Sequence record: OZ375201.1
Length of the DNA stretch: 32,000 bases
Strand: one strand, 5' to 3'
Both the position numbers and the translations under genes were made by a program. The notes under the pieces are model-generated. The model searched no databases and had not been told where the DNA came from. It saw nothing but the letters and a program-made list of their open reading frames with translations. This document shows positions 17,245-27,819 of the stretch, one piece after another; the first letter of the stretch is position 1, and every line of letters starts with the position of its first letter.

Positions 17245-17906
17245 GAATAACGCTGCCTTAGTAAAACTAGACCATATGCTGGAACATCCTCAAAAACTTT
17301 GGTCTACTCGTTTAATCTTTTTGTATAAATTAAGTAAGGTTAAGCAGTAAAAATGACAAAGACAAGGGGACAATCAGCAGGAAAGACTTTCAATGGCTAT
17401 AATGCCTCTAAATTGAAAGAATCCTCAGAGACTTTATGTCTAGAAGAAACGAAAATGAATCTAGATCCAAAATGGGTAGTAGGTTTTGTAGATGGCGAAG
17501 GATGTTTCCATATCGGCATTTCAAAACACGCTTCAATGAAACTAGGAGTTCAGGTTTTACCTGAATTTGTAGTTACTCAGCATAAAAGAGATGTGCAAGT
17601 ACTTTATGGTTTAAAGGCCTTTTTTAAATGCGGCGTAGTGCGCCAAGAAAAAGAAAATATCTTTTGTTATCGAGTAAGAGACCGCAAGTGTCTTGAAACG
17701 CAAATAATTTCCTTTTTTGAGAGGCACAAATTAAAAACAAAGAAACGAATTGACTTTTTGAAGTTTCGTCGTGTTTTAAAGATGATGTCTGAAGGTTTAC
17801 ATTTAAGTACTGAGGGTTTAGAAGAAATTCGAATCTTAAGAGAAAGTCCGGCCACTAAGGAAACTTAAGTGGGATATATATTTTTTTGAATAAATATATT
17901 AAAACG
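17245..17906 (+). mobile_element. group I intron in rrnL (after the U of ..CCUAAGGU|AGCGAAAUUCC.., about E. coli 23S position 1931 by my own alignment)
   Basis: The exons rejoin to the universal sequence cctaaggt|agcgaaattcc. P1 pairs exon ctaaggt (17238-17244) with intron gccttag (17255-17261), giving a U.G pair at the splice site. P10 pairs cgct (17251-17254) with 3' exon agcg. The intron ends in G and contains a LAGLIDADG ORF. Confidence 0.88.
17353..17868 (+). CDS. intron-encoded single-motif LAGLIDADG homing endonuclease
   Basis: The WVVGFVDGEGCFHIGI motif plus VTQHKRDVQVLYGLKAFFKCG and HLSTEGLEEIRILRE are typical of the I-CreI/I-CeuI-like family. The functional start may be the internal ATG at 17455 (MNLDPKW...). 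Confidence 0.88.
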   Translation: MTKTRGQSAGKTFNGYNASKLKESSETLCLEETKMNLDPKWVVGFVDGEGCFHIGISKHASMKLGVQVLPEFVVTQHKRDVQVLYGLKAFFKCGVVRQEKENIFCYRVRDRKCLETQIISFFERHKLKTKKRIDFLKFRRVLKMMSEGLHLSTEGLEEIRILRESPATKET

Positions 17907-18920
17907 AGCGAAATTCCTTGTCCACTAATTATGGACCTGCATGAATGGTGTAATGACTGCCCCGCTGTCTCAAGAATGGATTCGGTGAAATTGAATTCTC
18001 CGTGAAGATGCGGAGTATCCACGCCTAGACGGGAAGACCCTGTGCTTCTTTACTATAACCTTTTATTGAAACCTGTTTTTTTATGTGTAGCATAAGTGGG
18101 AGACCCTTTTTGGGTCGTCAGTGAAATACCACTCTTAATTAAGCGGGAATCTAACCTTTTTTAAGGAACATTGAATGGTGGGTAGTTTGACTGGGGTGGT
18201 CGCCTCCTAAAGGGTAACGGAGGTGTACGAAGGTAGGTTCAATTGGATTAGAAACCCTTTTTTGAGTGTAACGATATAAACTTGCTTGACTGTGAGATAG
18301 ACATATCGAACAGGGACGAAAGTCGGTCGTAGTGATCCGGGAGTCCTTTGTGGAAAGGCTCTCGCTCAACGAATCAAAGAAACGCCAGGGATAACAGGCT
18401 GATGGCTCCCAAGAGTTCTTATCGACGGAGTTGTTTGGCACCTCGATGTTGATTCATTGCGTCCTGGAGGTGAAGACGCTTCCAAGGGTTCGGCTGTTCG
18501 CCGATTAAAGCAGTACGTGAGTTGAGTTCAGAACGTTGTGAAACAGTTCGGTTCCTATCTAGCGTTGATTATTAAAAATTAAGAGGATTTCTCTCTAGTA
18601 CGAGAGGATCGAGATTAAACTGACCTATGGTTCATCGGTTGTTTTGCCATATGCATTGCCGACACGCTACGTCTGTACGGATAACCGCTGACAGCTTCTA
18701 AGCGGGAAGTCGTCCTCAAAACTTATTTTTATTTTCGTAGAAGATTATTACGTTAATAGGCAAAGTTTTTCTCTTTAGCAATAAAGATTTTACTTTGTAC
18801 TAAAAAAAATATAAAAAACATATCAAAATCCTTAAGACATTGTCTTTTGGTTTTGACTCATCGATTTATTGGTGACTAAGTACAGCTTTAAAGCGCTGTA
18901 AAGAAATAAAAAAAAAGAAC

Positions 18921-20213
18921 ATGAAAAAAGAATTAGAAATTCTTGAATTTCATAGAAATAATGGTTTTGGTGCAAGCGAAAATCAAAGTAATGAGTTTGT
19001 GAAAGATTTCATGAGCTCAGGAAAATCATTTATACCGGAAATTGAACAGGAAAAAACTGGTTCTAAAAGACTTTCGGTGCTTAACCAACCTGCTCTGTCA
19101 TTAGTGACAGATCATTTAATAGATTATCCTGCACCACTTAATATAAACTACTTCTGGAGTTTTGGTTCATTAGCAGGTATTTGCCTGGTTGTCCAGCTTG
19201 CTTCAGGAATCTTTTTAGCTATGCACTACACACCTCATGTAGATCTAGCTTTTTTAAGTGTTGAGCACATTATGCGTGATGTGGAAGGAGGTTGGCTTCT
19301 TCGTTATCTTCATGCAAATGGTGCAAGTATGTTCTTTATTATGGTGTATATCCATATGTTCCGAGGGCTTTTTTACGCAAGTTATGTAAGCCCTAGAGAA
19401 ACCGTATGGTGTGTAGGTGTTGTAATTCTTCTTCTGATGATTCTGACAGCCTTTATTGGTTATGTTTTACCTTGGGGGCAGATGAGCTTCTGGGGAGCAA
19501 CTGTTATTACATCTTTAGCAAGTGCAATTCCTATTGTAGGGGATTCTATCGTTACTTGGCTATGGGGAGGATTCTCTGTGGATAATGCGACATTAAACCG
19601 ATTCTTCAGTTTACATTATCTTCTTCCTTTTATCATCGCAGGTGCATCTATTGTTCATATTGCTGCACTTCACCAATATGGTTCAAATAACCCATTAGGT
19701 CTTCACGCTGTTGTAGATAAAATGAGTTTTTATCCTTATTGTTTTGTTAAGGATGTGGTTGCTTGGGTTACTTTTGGGATCTTCTTCTCAGTTTTTGTAT
19801 ATTTTGCTCCTAACTTTCTAGGACACCCAGATAACTATATTCCTGCAAACCCTATGTCTACACCTGCTCACATTGTGCCAGAGTGGTATTTCCTATGGGT
19901 TTATGCTATTCTACGTAGTATTCCTAATAAACTTGGAGGTGTTGCAGCTATACTTGCAGTATTTGTTTGTCTTCTAGCATTACCTTGGCTACAAGGAAGT
20001 GAAGTAAGAAGTTCATTGTTCCGACCTATCCATAAAAAACTATTTTGGCTTCTTTTAGCTGATTGTGTTATTTTAGGTTGGATTGGAATGAAGCCTGTTG
20101 AAACACCTTTTGTAGAAGTAGGTCAAATTGCGTCTGTTTACTTTTTTGTCCATTTTCTTATTTTTATCCCCATTCTTGGTCGATTAGAGTCTAAATATTT
20201 AAGAAGTTTATAA
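18921..20213 (+). CDS. cob: apocytochrome b, uninterrupted
   Basis: [36 protein letters not shown] and PEWYFL are present. The roughly 45-codon N-terminal extension is not conserved. An alternative start is ATG 19011. Confidence 0.97.
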   Translation: MKKELEILEFHRNNGFGASENQSNEFVKDFMSSGKSFIPEIEQEKTGSKRLSVLNQPALSLVTDHLIDYPAPLNINYFWSFGSLAGICLVVQLASGIFLAMHYTPHVDLAFLSVEHIMRDVEGGWLLRYLHANGASMFFIMVYIHMFRGLFYASYVSPRETVWCVGVVILLLMILTAFIGYVLPWGQMSFWGATVITSLASAIPIVGDSIVTWLWGGFSVDNATLNRFFSLHYLLPFIIAGASIVHIAALHQYGSNNPLGLHAVVDKMSFYPYCFVKDVVAWVTFGIFFSVFVYFAPNFLGHPDNYIPANPMSTPAHIVPEWYFLWVYAILRSIPNKLGGVAAILAVFVCLLALPWLQGSEVRSSLFRPIHKKLFWLLLADCVILGWIGMKPVETPFVEVGQIASVYFFVHFLIFIPILGRLESKYLRSL

Positions 20214-20233
20214 TATACTAAACTCTTTATATT

Positions 20234-20611
20234 ATGCCTACAATAAATCAAATACTCCGTCATAAAAGAGTGAGTCCGAAAAAGGGAAGAGGTAAACTTT
20301 TAGGTCTTAAAGGTTCGCCTACAAGAAAAGGCGTGTGTGTTCGTGTTTTTACTAGAACACCTAAAAAGCCTAATTCCGCTCTTCGGAAACTAGCTAAAGT
20401 ACGCTTAAGTTCGGGATATAGTGTTTTTGCCTATATTCCGGGTGAGGGGCATAAATTGCAAGAACACTCTGTTGTGTCTGTTCGAGGTGGAAGGGTTAAA
20501 GATTTACCAGGCGTTAAATACCACTGTGTTCGGGGCTTGTATGATCTTGGACCCTTACCTCAACGCCGACAGAAACGCTCTAAATACGGAACAAAAAAAC
20601 CAAAAAACTAA
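20234..20611 (+). CDS. rps12: ribosomal protein S12
   Basis: [12 protein letters not shown]..., [20 protein letters not shown] and [14 protein letters not shown]. Confidence 0.97.
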   Translation: MPTINQILRHKRVSPKKGRGKLLGLKGSPTRKGVCVRVFTRTPKKPNSALRKLAKVRLSSGYSVFAYIPGEGHKLQEHSVVSVRGGRVKDLPGVKYHCVRGLYDLGPLPQRRQKRSKYGTKKPKN

Positions 20612-20614
20612 GAA

Positions 20615-21187
20615 ATGACTAAAAAAAGAAAAGGGAAAAAAGAAATTAAACCTCTAGTCTACGGGGATTTTCCTTCAAAGAAAACTCAAGGGAAAGAGGA
20701 TTTAATGCGCCTCGTACGTTTATGTATGAAAGACGGAAAGCTTCATAAAGCGTATAAGATTATCCAAAAGGCTTTTTTAAATATGAAGTCTGATGGACGT
20801 TGGCCAAAAGGGGTGACAAGTATGGATTTTTTTGAAAGGGCTGTTGATTTGGCATCACCTTTGGTAAGTGTTCGTAATGTTCGTGTTAAGGGTGTGCTTT
20901 ATCAAGTACCAGGCCCTTTAAGTCCTGCTAAAAGCCGTGGTTTGGGTCTTAGATGGATCTTAGAAGGAGCTAAACGAAATAGTTTTAATCGATCCGCTTT
21001 TCATATTGGTCTAAGTCGTGAACTTCTTGATCTTTATCACCAAAGTGGATATGCTTTCAATAAACGTTTGGAACTTCATAAGCTCGCTGAAGAGAATCGT
21101 CCTTTTTCCCATTTCCGATGGTGGTATAAGAGAAAGGGTAAGAAAACAAGGGTGAAAACTTTGAGAAATGATCGTATGGGAGCATAA
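20615..21187 (+). CDS. rps7: ribosomal protein S7
   Basis: YQVPGPLSPAKSRGLGLRWILEGAKRN and HKLAEENRPFSHFRW match S7. It follows rps12 as in the str operon. Confidence 0.9.
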   Translation: MTKKRKGKKEIKPLVYGDFPSKKTQGKEDLMRLVRLCMKDGKLHKAYKIIQKAFLNMKSDGRWPKGVTSMDFFERAVDLASPLVSVRNVRVKGVLYQVPGPLSPAKSRGLGLRWILEGAKRNSFNRSAFHIGLSRELLDLYHQSGYAFNKRLELHKLAEENRPFSHFRWWYKRKGKKTRVKTLRNDRMGA

Positions 21188-21260
21188 AAACTGCCCTTGA
21201 TCAAGTATTGAAAAAATACATTCCTCAGAAAAAAGGAAAACCTTTAAAATATTTAAGTAG

Positions 21261-21827
21261 ATGAAAGTCTTTCTTAGGCATATGATGCTTATGCTTCCTG
21301 GTTTAATCCGGGAAATTCACATGCAGAGAAATGAAGGTATTATCTGTGTAGACCCTGAAAATGTAACAAAAGTTCTTACTTTTTTACGTGATCATAGTCC
21401 ATGCCAATATAAGCTTCTTGTTGAACTTTGTGGTGCAGATTACCCTTCTGAAGAAAAACGCTTCGAAGTTGTTTATGAATTATTAAGCGTTGCTTCTAAT
21501 ACACGTATTCGTGTTAAGACATCAGTGGATGAATTCAATGGTGTTCCATCAGTTTGTTCTATTTTTAACAATGCCGGATGGGCAGAACGTGAAGCTTGGG
21601 ATCTTTATGGTATCTTCTTTAAAGGTCACCCAGATTTACGTCGAATTCTTACTGATTACGGTTTTGAAGGTTATCCTTTACGAAAAGATTTTCCTTTAAG
21701 CGGCTTTACTGAAGTACGTTATGACGAAACAACAAAGCGTGTTATTTATGAACCTTTAGAAATGCCCCAGGAGTTCCGAAGTTTTGACTTACAAACACCT
21801 TGGAACCCTCTAATCCATCAAGATTAG
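21261..21827 (+). CDS. nad9: NADH dehydrogenase subunit 9 (30-kDa, NuoC)
   Basis: [61 protein letters not shown]. Confidence 0.96.
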   Translation: MKVFLRHMMLMLPGLIREIHMQRNEGIICVDPENVTKVLTFLRDHSPCQYKLLVELCGADYPSEEKRFEVVYELLSVASNTRIRVKTSVDEFNGVPSVCSIFNNAGWAEREAWDLYGIFFKGHPDLRRILTDYGFEGYPLRKDFPLSGFTEVRYDETTKRVIYEPLEMPQEFRSFDLQTPWNPLIHQD

Positions 21828-21991
21828 TCTACAGGCTTTTTAAAATAAAAAAGTACTCTGAAAAGAGAAAAAACTTAAAATACTAAAAATAAGTTCATCT
21901 TTATAAAAAGTTGAATATTCTATAAGGGTTTTGTATATTTTCTTTTTTATAAGAAAGGAGAAAACCTAGAAACAAAAAAATAGAAACTCAC

Positions 21992-23527
21992 ATGAGTTCA
22001 AAAGGTGGAGAATTTTCGAAACTTTTAGAGAAACGAATCTCTGAGTATTATACAGAACTGAAATTTGAAGAAGTTGGCCGTGTCCTTTCTGTTGGAGATG
22101 GTATTGCGCGTGTTTATGGACTAAAGAACATCCAAGCAGGAGAAATGGTTGAATTTTCTGCTGGTATCAAAGGTATGGCCCTTAACTTGGAGAACCAAGC
22201 TGTAGGTGTTGTTGTTTTTGGTAGTGATACACGTATCCTTGAAGGTGACCTAGTAAAAAGAACAGGAGCTATTGTTGACGTTGCAGTAGGTAAAGGTCTT
22301 CTAGGCCGTGTTGTTGATGCTTTAGGAAATCCTATCGATGGAAAAGGTGCTTTAAAGGACGTAACTCGTTCAAGAGTTGAAGTTAAAGCGCCAGGGATTA
22401 TCGCTCGTCAATCTGTGTCTGAGCCTGTTCAAACAGGTTTAAAAGTGGTTGATAGCTTAGTTCCTATTGGTCGTGGTCAGCGTGAGCTTATCATTGGTGA
22501 CCGCCAGACAGGTAAAACTGCTGTTGCTATTGATACAATCTTAAACCAAAAAGAAGCTTTTGATAAAGGAGACGATACTAAAAAGCTTTATTGTGTTTAT
22601 GTTGCGATTGGTCAAAAGAGATCAACAGTTGCTCACTTAACTAAAAGTTTATCTGATGCAGGAGCTATGGATTATTCTGTAATCGTTGCTGCTACAGCAT
22701 CTGACCCTGCACCTCTTCAGTTCCTAGCACCATATGCAGGTTCAGCTATCGCAGAATATTTCCGTGATAACGGTATGCATGCATTAATCATCTTTGATGA
22801 TTTAAGTAAGCAAGCGACAGCTTATCGTCAAATGTCTCTTCTTCTACGTAGACCTCCAGGTCGTGAGGCTTACCCAGGAGATGTTTTCTATCTACACTCT
22901 CGTCTACTAGAGCGTGCAGCTAAGTTATCTGACGAAGAAGGTGCAGGTTCTCTTACCGCTCTTCCCGTTATTGAAACACAGGCGGGTGACGTTTCTGCGT
23001 ATATCCCAACAAATGTGATTTCTATTACAGATGGACAGATCTTCCTAGAAACAGAGCTTTTCTATAAAGGAATTCGTCCGGCTCTTAACGTGGGTCTTTC
23101 TGTTAGTCGTGTTGGTTCTGCCGCTCAGGTAAAAGCTATGAAGCAGGTTGCGGGTACCCTTAAACTGACTCTTGCTCAGTATCGTGAGGTTGCTGCTTTC
23201 GCACAGTTTGGTTCAGACCTTGATGCTGCAACACAATTCACTCTTAAACGTGGTGAAAGACTTACAGAGCTTCTGAAACAAGGCCAATTCTCTCCTCTTC
23301 CGTTCGAGGTTCAAGTTCTTGTTATTTATGCAGGAACCAAAGGTTATCTTGACCAAATGGACCCTAAAAACATTGCGGCGTACGAAGAAGGTCTAATTAA
23401 AGAAGCAGATTCAAAGCTTTTAAGCCGTATCCACGAAGAAAAAGCTCTATCTGATGATCTAATGGGTCTAGTTGATACTTATGTTAAAGACTATACTCAG
23501 AAGTTTGTAAGTAATCTTCAATCTTAA
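21992..23527 (+). CDS. atp1: ATP synthase F1 alpha subunit
   Basis: 511-aa ORF with the Walker A motif [15 protein letters not shown], plus [41 protein letters not shown]. Confidence 0.98.
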   Translation: MSSKGGEFSKLLEKRISEYYTELKFEEVGRVLSVGDGIARVYGLKNIQAGEMVEFSAGIKGMALNLENQAVGVVVFGSDTRILEGDLVKRTGAIVDVAVGKGLLGRVVDALGNPIDGKGALKDVTRSRVEVKAPGIIARQSVSEPVQTGLKVVDSLVPIGRGQRELIIGDRQTGKTAVAIDTILNQKEAFDKGDDTKKLYCVYVAIGQKRSTVAHLTKSLSDAGAMDYSVIVAATASDPAPLQFLAPYAGSAIAEYFRDNGMHALIIFDDLSKQATAYRQMSLLLRRPPGREAYPGDVFYLHSRLLERAAKLSDEEGAGSLTALPVIETQAGDVSAYIPTNVISITDGQIFLETELFYKGIRPALNVGLSVSRVGSAAQVKAMKQVAGTLKLTLAQYREVAAFAQFGSDLDAATQFTLKRGERLTELLKQGQFSPLPFEVQVLVIYAGTKGYLDQMDPKNIAAYEEGLIKEADSKLLSRIHEEKALSDDLMGLVDTYVKDYTQKFVSNLQS

Positions 23528-23572
23528 TAATTCCTTTATTTAGTTAAAGGATCATCGTCTTGTTGGTTGTAA

Positions 23573-23646
23573 GGGGAAGTAACTCAGCTGGTTAGAGTAT
23601 TGGCCTGTCACGTCAAAAGCCGCGGGTTCGAGTCCCGTCTTCCCCG
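23573..23646 (+). tRNA. trnD(guc): tRNA-Asp (GUC)
   Basis: Acceptor ggggaag/cttcccc, anticodon stem-loop ttggc-ctgtcac-gtcaa. Confidence 0.9.
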
Positions 23647-23673
23647 TTTTTATATTATTATATTTCTGTTATT

Positions 23674-24027
23674 ATGTTTGAATATTTTCCTATTTCCATT
23701 TTTTTAATAATTAGTTTAGGACTCTCTTTTATTCTCGTTTGTATTCCTTTCATTGTTGCTCCTCAAAAAGCAGACCCCGAAAAAATTTCTGCTTATGAGT
23801 GCGGCTTTGATCCTTTCGATGATGCCAGAGGGAAGTTCGATATTCGATTTTATTTGGTTGCTATTCTTTTCATCATTTTTGATTTAGAAGTTAGCTTTTT
23901 ATTTCCTTGGTCCGTTGTTCTAAATCAAATTAGCTTCTTTGGTTTTTGGACTATGATTGCATTTCTACTTATACTTACTTTAGGTTTTGTTTATGAGTGG
24001 AAAAAAGGCGCTTTAGAGTGGGAATAA
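23674..24027 (+). CDS. nad3: NADH dehydrogenase subunit 3
   Basis: 117-aa ORF with [39 protein letters not shown]. Confidence 0.97.
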   Translation: MFEYFPISIFLIISLGLSFILVCIPFIVAPQKADPEKISAYECGFDPFDDARGKFDIRFYLVAILFIIFDLEVSFLFPWSVVLNQISFFGFWTMIAFLLILTLGFVYEWKKGALEWE

Positions 24028-24045
24028 TTATACAATATATAACGG

Positions 24046-25743
24046 ATGGCTTCAGTGTTTAAAAATAGAAAAGATCTTAAAGAATCTTACCAATTTTTTA
24101 GGAACAATAAAAAGTTTACTAATAAAAAACTCTATAACTTTCTAAGAAAAGATGAAAGCTTTATCGGTAAAGAGTCTTATGAATCTTTAAAAAACGGAAA
24201 CAAGTCGAGTAATAAAAATCTTTCTTACAAGTTCGATGAAAACTATAAGAAATTAAACCAAAAAGGATTTAATCCTGGTTTTGATAGTTTGCATTCAACT
24301 GATAAGTATAAAAAGAAGGTTAAACCGACTTGGTCACGTAAATCTAATGATAAACTTGAATCTAGCAAAAAGAGTTCTCGCGTAAATAAAGGGTCTGATT
24401 TACCTTTTAAATTACGAAAACTTTACCCTTCTCTTTCATATTTAAGTACTCCTGTTTCTTATAAAAGTAAGCAGTTTATAAATAAAACAGGAAATGACAA
24501 ATTAAGTTCTTTTTATTTATCCGAGAGTGCAATTCCTACAAAGAGCCGCACTATTAGGTTAAGAAAAGGTTTAAATCCGAAAAGTATCACTAATGTAGTA
24601 AAAACTCTAGTTGATTCAAAGAGTAGGCATTTGAAGCTTAAATCTGGGCAAATGGTAATAAATTCTTTTAGTCACGATAACCTTTCAGGTTTGAAAAATA
24701 TAGAATCAAAAGCTATACTTTCGAGGATTAAGAAATTGAAGTTGAAAAAACTTGGTTTAGTTAAAGGAAAAGATATTGTATCAAAAGAAAGTGTTATCAA
24801 AAGGGAAAAATGGTTGAAATTTAAAGGTTGGCTTTCCTTATATGGTAAGTTAAAGAAAGGGATCCAAACCTCTAAAGGATGGGCAAGAGAATGGGAAGAG
24901 AGACCAAAATCATGGTCAAGAAGAATAAGAAATTGGGAAAAAAATATAGGTAATATAGAAAGGTCTAATAAAAAAAGAAGTTTTTTAAAAACCTTACGAG
25001 GTAATAAGAAAAATAAAAAATCTTTTATTCCTTTTTATTTAAGAAGAAAATTTTACCAAACTCCAAAAGATCCTATAAGTTGGGGCTATCACGAAAAGTG
25101 TTTTGGTGGGGGCTTGAAAACAAATAGGAAATATAATAAAGGATCTATATATCGTGCAAGGTATTGGAAGAACCTTAGGGAAGGAAGGCCAAATAAAAAC
25201 CTTCAAGGTTTCGGAAAAGAAACAAATCGAAAGATATATAGAAAGCAGAAAACACTCAACGCAGAAGAACTATTCTTGTTTCTAAGAAGACGTTCTCGTG
25301 TTTCTGTAAAAATGAAACGAAAGGGTAAGAATTATAATTACCACAAGTTAAAAAAAATAAGAAAAGAGAAGGCGTATCTGCGAAGGGGGATTCCAAAGAA
25401 CCGTATAGGTATAGTTCACATAAATGCGGGTATTAAAAATACCATAATAAGTTTAAGTGATTTGCAAAAGAATGTAAAAACCTGGGTATCTAATGGATCT
25501 GTGGGCTTTAAAAGAAAGAAAAGAAAAAGCCCATACGCAAGTTATGTTGCCGGACAAACGATAGGTCAAAAAGCTTTAGAGTTGGGTTACCGTGGGGTAA
25601 TTATTTATTTAAAGGGTGTAGGTAAAGGTCGACACAATAGTTGTCGGGGATTAGCAACAACAAGATTACGAATCTTGCGATTAAAAGATCGAATACGTCT
25701 TCCGCACAATGGGTGCCGTTTACGAAAGAAGCGTCGAGTTTAA
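24046..25743 (+). CDS. rps11: ribosomal protein S11 with a lysine-rich N-terminal extension of about 450 codons
   Basis: The last ~112 codons (from ~25405, IGIVHINAGIKNTIISLSD...GRHNSCRGLATT...LPHNGCRLRKKRRV) are S11. The upstream part is a continuous in-frame open reading frame. An internal ATG at 25312 would give a conventional 143-aa S11. Confidence 0.85.
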   Translation: MASVFKNRKDLKESYQFFRNNKKFTNKKLYNFLRKDESFIGKESYESLKNGNKSSNKNLSYKFDENYKKLNQKGFNPGFDSLHSTDKYKKKVKPTWSRKSNDKLESSKKSSRVNKGSDLPFKLRKLYPSLSYLSTPVSYKSKQFINKTGNDKLSSFYLSESAIPTKSRTIRLRKGLNPKSITNVVKTLVDSKSRHLKLKSGQMVINSFSHDNLSGLKNIESKAILSRIKKLKLKKLGLVKGKDIVSKESVIKREKWLKFKGWLSLYGKLKKGIQTSKGWAREWEERPKSWSRRIRNWEKNIGNIERSNKKRSFLKTLRGNKKNKKSFIPFYLRRKFYQTPKDPISWGYHEKCFGGGLKTNRKYNKGSIYRARYWKNLREGRPNKNLQGFGKETNRKIYRKQKTLNAEELFLFLRRRSRVSVKMKRKGKNYNYHKLKKIRKEKAYLRRGIPKNRIGIVHINAGIKNTIISLSDLQKNVKTWVSNGSVGFKRKKRKSPYASYVAGQTIGQKALELGYRGVIIYLKGVGKGRHNSCRGLATTRLRILRLKDRIRLPHNGCRLRKKRRV

Positions 25744-25780
25744 GCTTTAAAAGCTTTCTTCTAGAGAAAATAAAGAATAA

Positions 25781-27805
25781 ATGTATTTGTGTATTCTAGG
25801 TCTTCCTTTAATGGGATTTATAGGAGCTGCAGGCTTTGGTCGTTTCCTAGGAGGTAGAGGGGCAGGAGTCTTTACAACAAGTCTCCTGGGTCTATGCTTT
25901 TTATTCAGTTGCCTTTGTTTTTATGAAGTAGGTATATGCGGTAGTCCATGTACACTGAAAGTGAGCCCTTGGTTTTTAAGCGAATCTTGGGACGCTACAT
26001 GGGGGCTTCTTTTTGATCCATTAACAGGCGTAATGTGTGTTGTTGTGACTTCTGTAAGTACACTAGTTCACCTATACTCTACATCTTATATGGGAGAAGA
26101 TCCCCATTTACCTCGCTTTATGAGTTACCTTTCACTGTTCACTTTTTTCATGCTTATACTTATTACAGGAGATAATTTTCTCCAAATGTTTGTAGGGTGG
26201 GAAGGTGTAGGTCTTGCATCTTATCTTCTTATTAATTTTTGGTTTACCCGCTTACAAGCGAATAAATCAGCAATTAAAGCTATGTTAATGAACCGTGTAG
26301 GTGATTTAGGTCTAGGTCTTGGTATTTTTGCGTTATATACAGTTTTTCAGAGTGTTAACTTTGAAACTGTTTTTGCTTGTGCGCCACATTTAAGCGAAGA
26401 AAGACTTTTCTTCTTTGGTTATGATGTTCACGCTTATACTCTTATAGGAATCCTCCTATTTGTAGGTGCTACAGGAAAATCGGCTCAATTAGGACTTCAT
26501 ACTTGGCTTCCAGATGCTATGGAAGGACCTACTCCTGTTTCTGCTCTTATTCATGCCGCTACAATGGTTACCGCAGGGGTTTTCTTAATTGCAAGATGTT
26601 CTCCTATTTATGAATATGCTCCAGATGCTTTAGGTCTTATTGCTTTTGCAGGGGGAATGACAGCTTTTTTTGCTGCTACTACAGGTCTTGTTCAAAATGA
26701 CCTTAAGAGAGTTATTGCTTACTCTACTTGTAGCCAGCTTGGGTATATGGTTTTCGCTTGTGGACTTTCGCATTATGATCTAGGTGTGTTCCATTTAGCG
26801 AACCATGCGTTCTTTAAAGCCCTTCTTTTCTTAGGTGCGGGTTCTGTTATCCATGCAATGGCTGGTGAGCAAGATATGCGTAGGCTTGGAGGTCTAAGTC
26901 AAGCACTTCCATTTACATATACAATGATGTTTCTTGGCTCATTAGCACTTGTAGGTTTCCCTTTCCTAAGCGGTTTTTATTCAAAAGATGCTTTACTAGA
27001 AGTTGCTTGTGCACATTATACTCTAAGTGGTGATTTTACTTACATTTTAGGGTGTGGGGCAGCTTTCTGTACATCGTATTATTCTTTCCGTTTAGTAAGT
27101 TTAACTTTTATGGGAGAACCAAAAGCACCAAGAAAAACATATGAAGGAATTCACGATGCTCCATTCCCTATGGCTTTTCCTTTAATTCTTTTAGGTTTTG
27201 GAAGCTTGTTTACAGGTTTCCTAGGAAAAGACCTTTTTGTAGGGCTTGGAACACCGTTTTGGGGTAATGCTCTGGGAGGTTTAGCTTCACATACGACAAG
27301 TTTAGAAGCTGAATATATTAGCCAGGAAATGAAGCATTTGCCTTTTGTTCTAACAGTAATTGGTGCTTCTTTAGGTCTAGGATTAAACAGTCCTTTATTT
27401 AGCCCTCAGGTTTATAAAATGAAACTTTCTTCTTTCTTTAGAAGTATTTATATTTTCTTAAACCGTCGTTGGCTTTTTGATAAAGTTTATATTGACTGGA
27501 TTGGTAGACCTAGTTTAGCTTTTGGGTATCAAGTATCGTTCAAAAGTATTGATAAGGGAGTATTGGAAATTTTAGGACCTTTCGGTATTACAGAAGGTAT
27601 TAGAAGACTTCTAGGACATGTACGAGAAATTCAGAGTGGTTTAATTTACCATTATGCCTTTATGATGCTTCTAGGGCTAACATTCCTACTTACTTTCCTA
27701 AGTCTTGACCTTTTCATTGGATTATGGGTAGATATTCACTTATGGTGTCTTTGCGCTATAGGTTTTTTAGGCTTCCTTCAAGGACAGGATTTTAAAACAT
27801 CATAA
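25781..27805 (+). CDS. nad5: NADH dehydrogenase subunit 5
   Basis: 674-aa ORF with GWEGVGLASYLLINFW, GKSAQLGLHTWLPDAMEGPTPVSALIHAATMVTAGVFL. Confidence 0.98.
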   Translation: MYLCILGLPLMGFIGAAGFGRFLGGRGAGVFTTSLLGLCFLFSCLCFYEVGICGSPCTLKVSPWFLSESWDATWGLLFDPLTGVMCVVVTSVSTLVHLYSTSYMGEDPHLPRFMSYLSLFTFFMLILITGDNFLQMFVGWEGVGLASYLLINFWFTRLQANKSAIKAMLMNRVGDLGLGLGIFALYTVFQSVNFETVFACAPHLSEERLFFFGYDVHAYTLIGILLFVGATGKSAQLGLHTWLPDAMEGPTPVSALIHAATMVTAGVFLIARCSPIYEYAPDALGLIAFAGGMTAFFAATTGLVQNDLKRVIAYSTCSQLGYMVFACGLSHYDLGVFHLANHAFFKALLFLGAGSVIHAMAGEQDMRRLGGLSQALPFTYTMMFLGSLALVGFPFLSGFYSKDALLEVACAHYTLSGDFTYILGCGAAFCTSYYSFRLVSLTFMGEPKAPRKTYEGIHDAPFPMAFPLILLGFGSLFTGFLGKDLFVGLGTPFWGNALGGLASHTTSLEAEYISQEMKHLPFVLTVIGASLGLGLNSPLFSPQVYKMKLSSFFRSIYIFLNRRWLFDKVYIDWIGRPSLAFGYQVSFKSIDKGVLEILGPFGITEGIRRLLGHVREIQSGLIYHYAFMMLLGLTFLLTFLSLDLFIGLWVDIHLWCLCAIGFLGFLQGQDFKTS

Positions 27806-27819
27806 AATAGATAAACGCT

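Larger units (their letters stand above)
15545..18800 (+). rRNA. rrnL: large-subunit (23S-like) rRNA, interrupted by one group I intron; ends approximate (+/- about 60 nt)
   Basis: Conserved 23S blocks are read directly: gaattgaaacatcttagta, gagtagtggcgaatgaaa, gacacctgcccggtgc, gtaaacggcggtcgtaac, agacgggaagaccctgtg, gggataacaggctgat, ggcacctcgatgt, ctagtacgagaggat. Confidence 0.97.

Noticed and set aside
17353-17454. First 34 codons of the intron ORF as part of the endonuclease
   Set aside because: This was not fully rejected. The LAGLIDADG domain begins right after the internal Met at 17455, and the upstream part probably overlaps ribozyme core sequence. The shorter 137-aa product is at least as likely.
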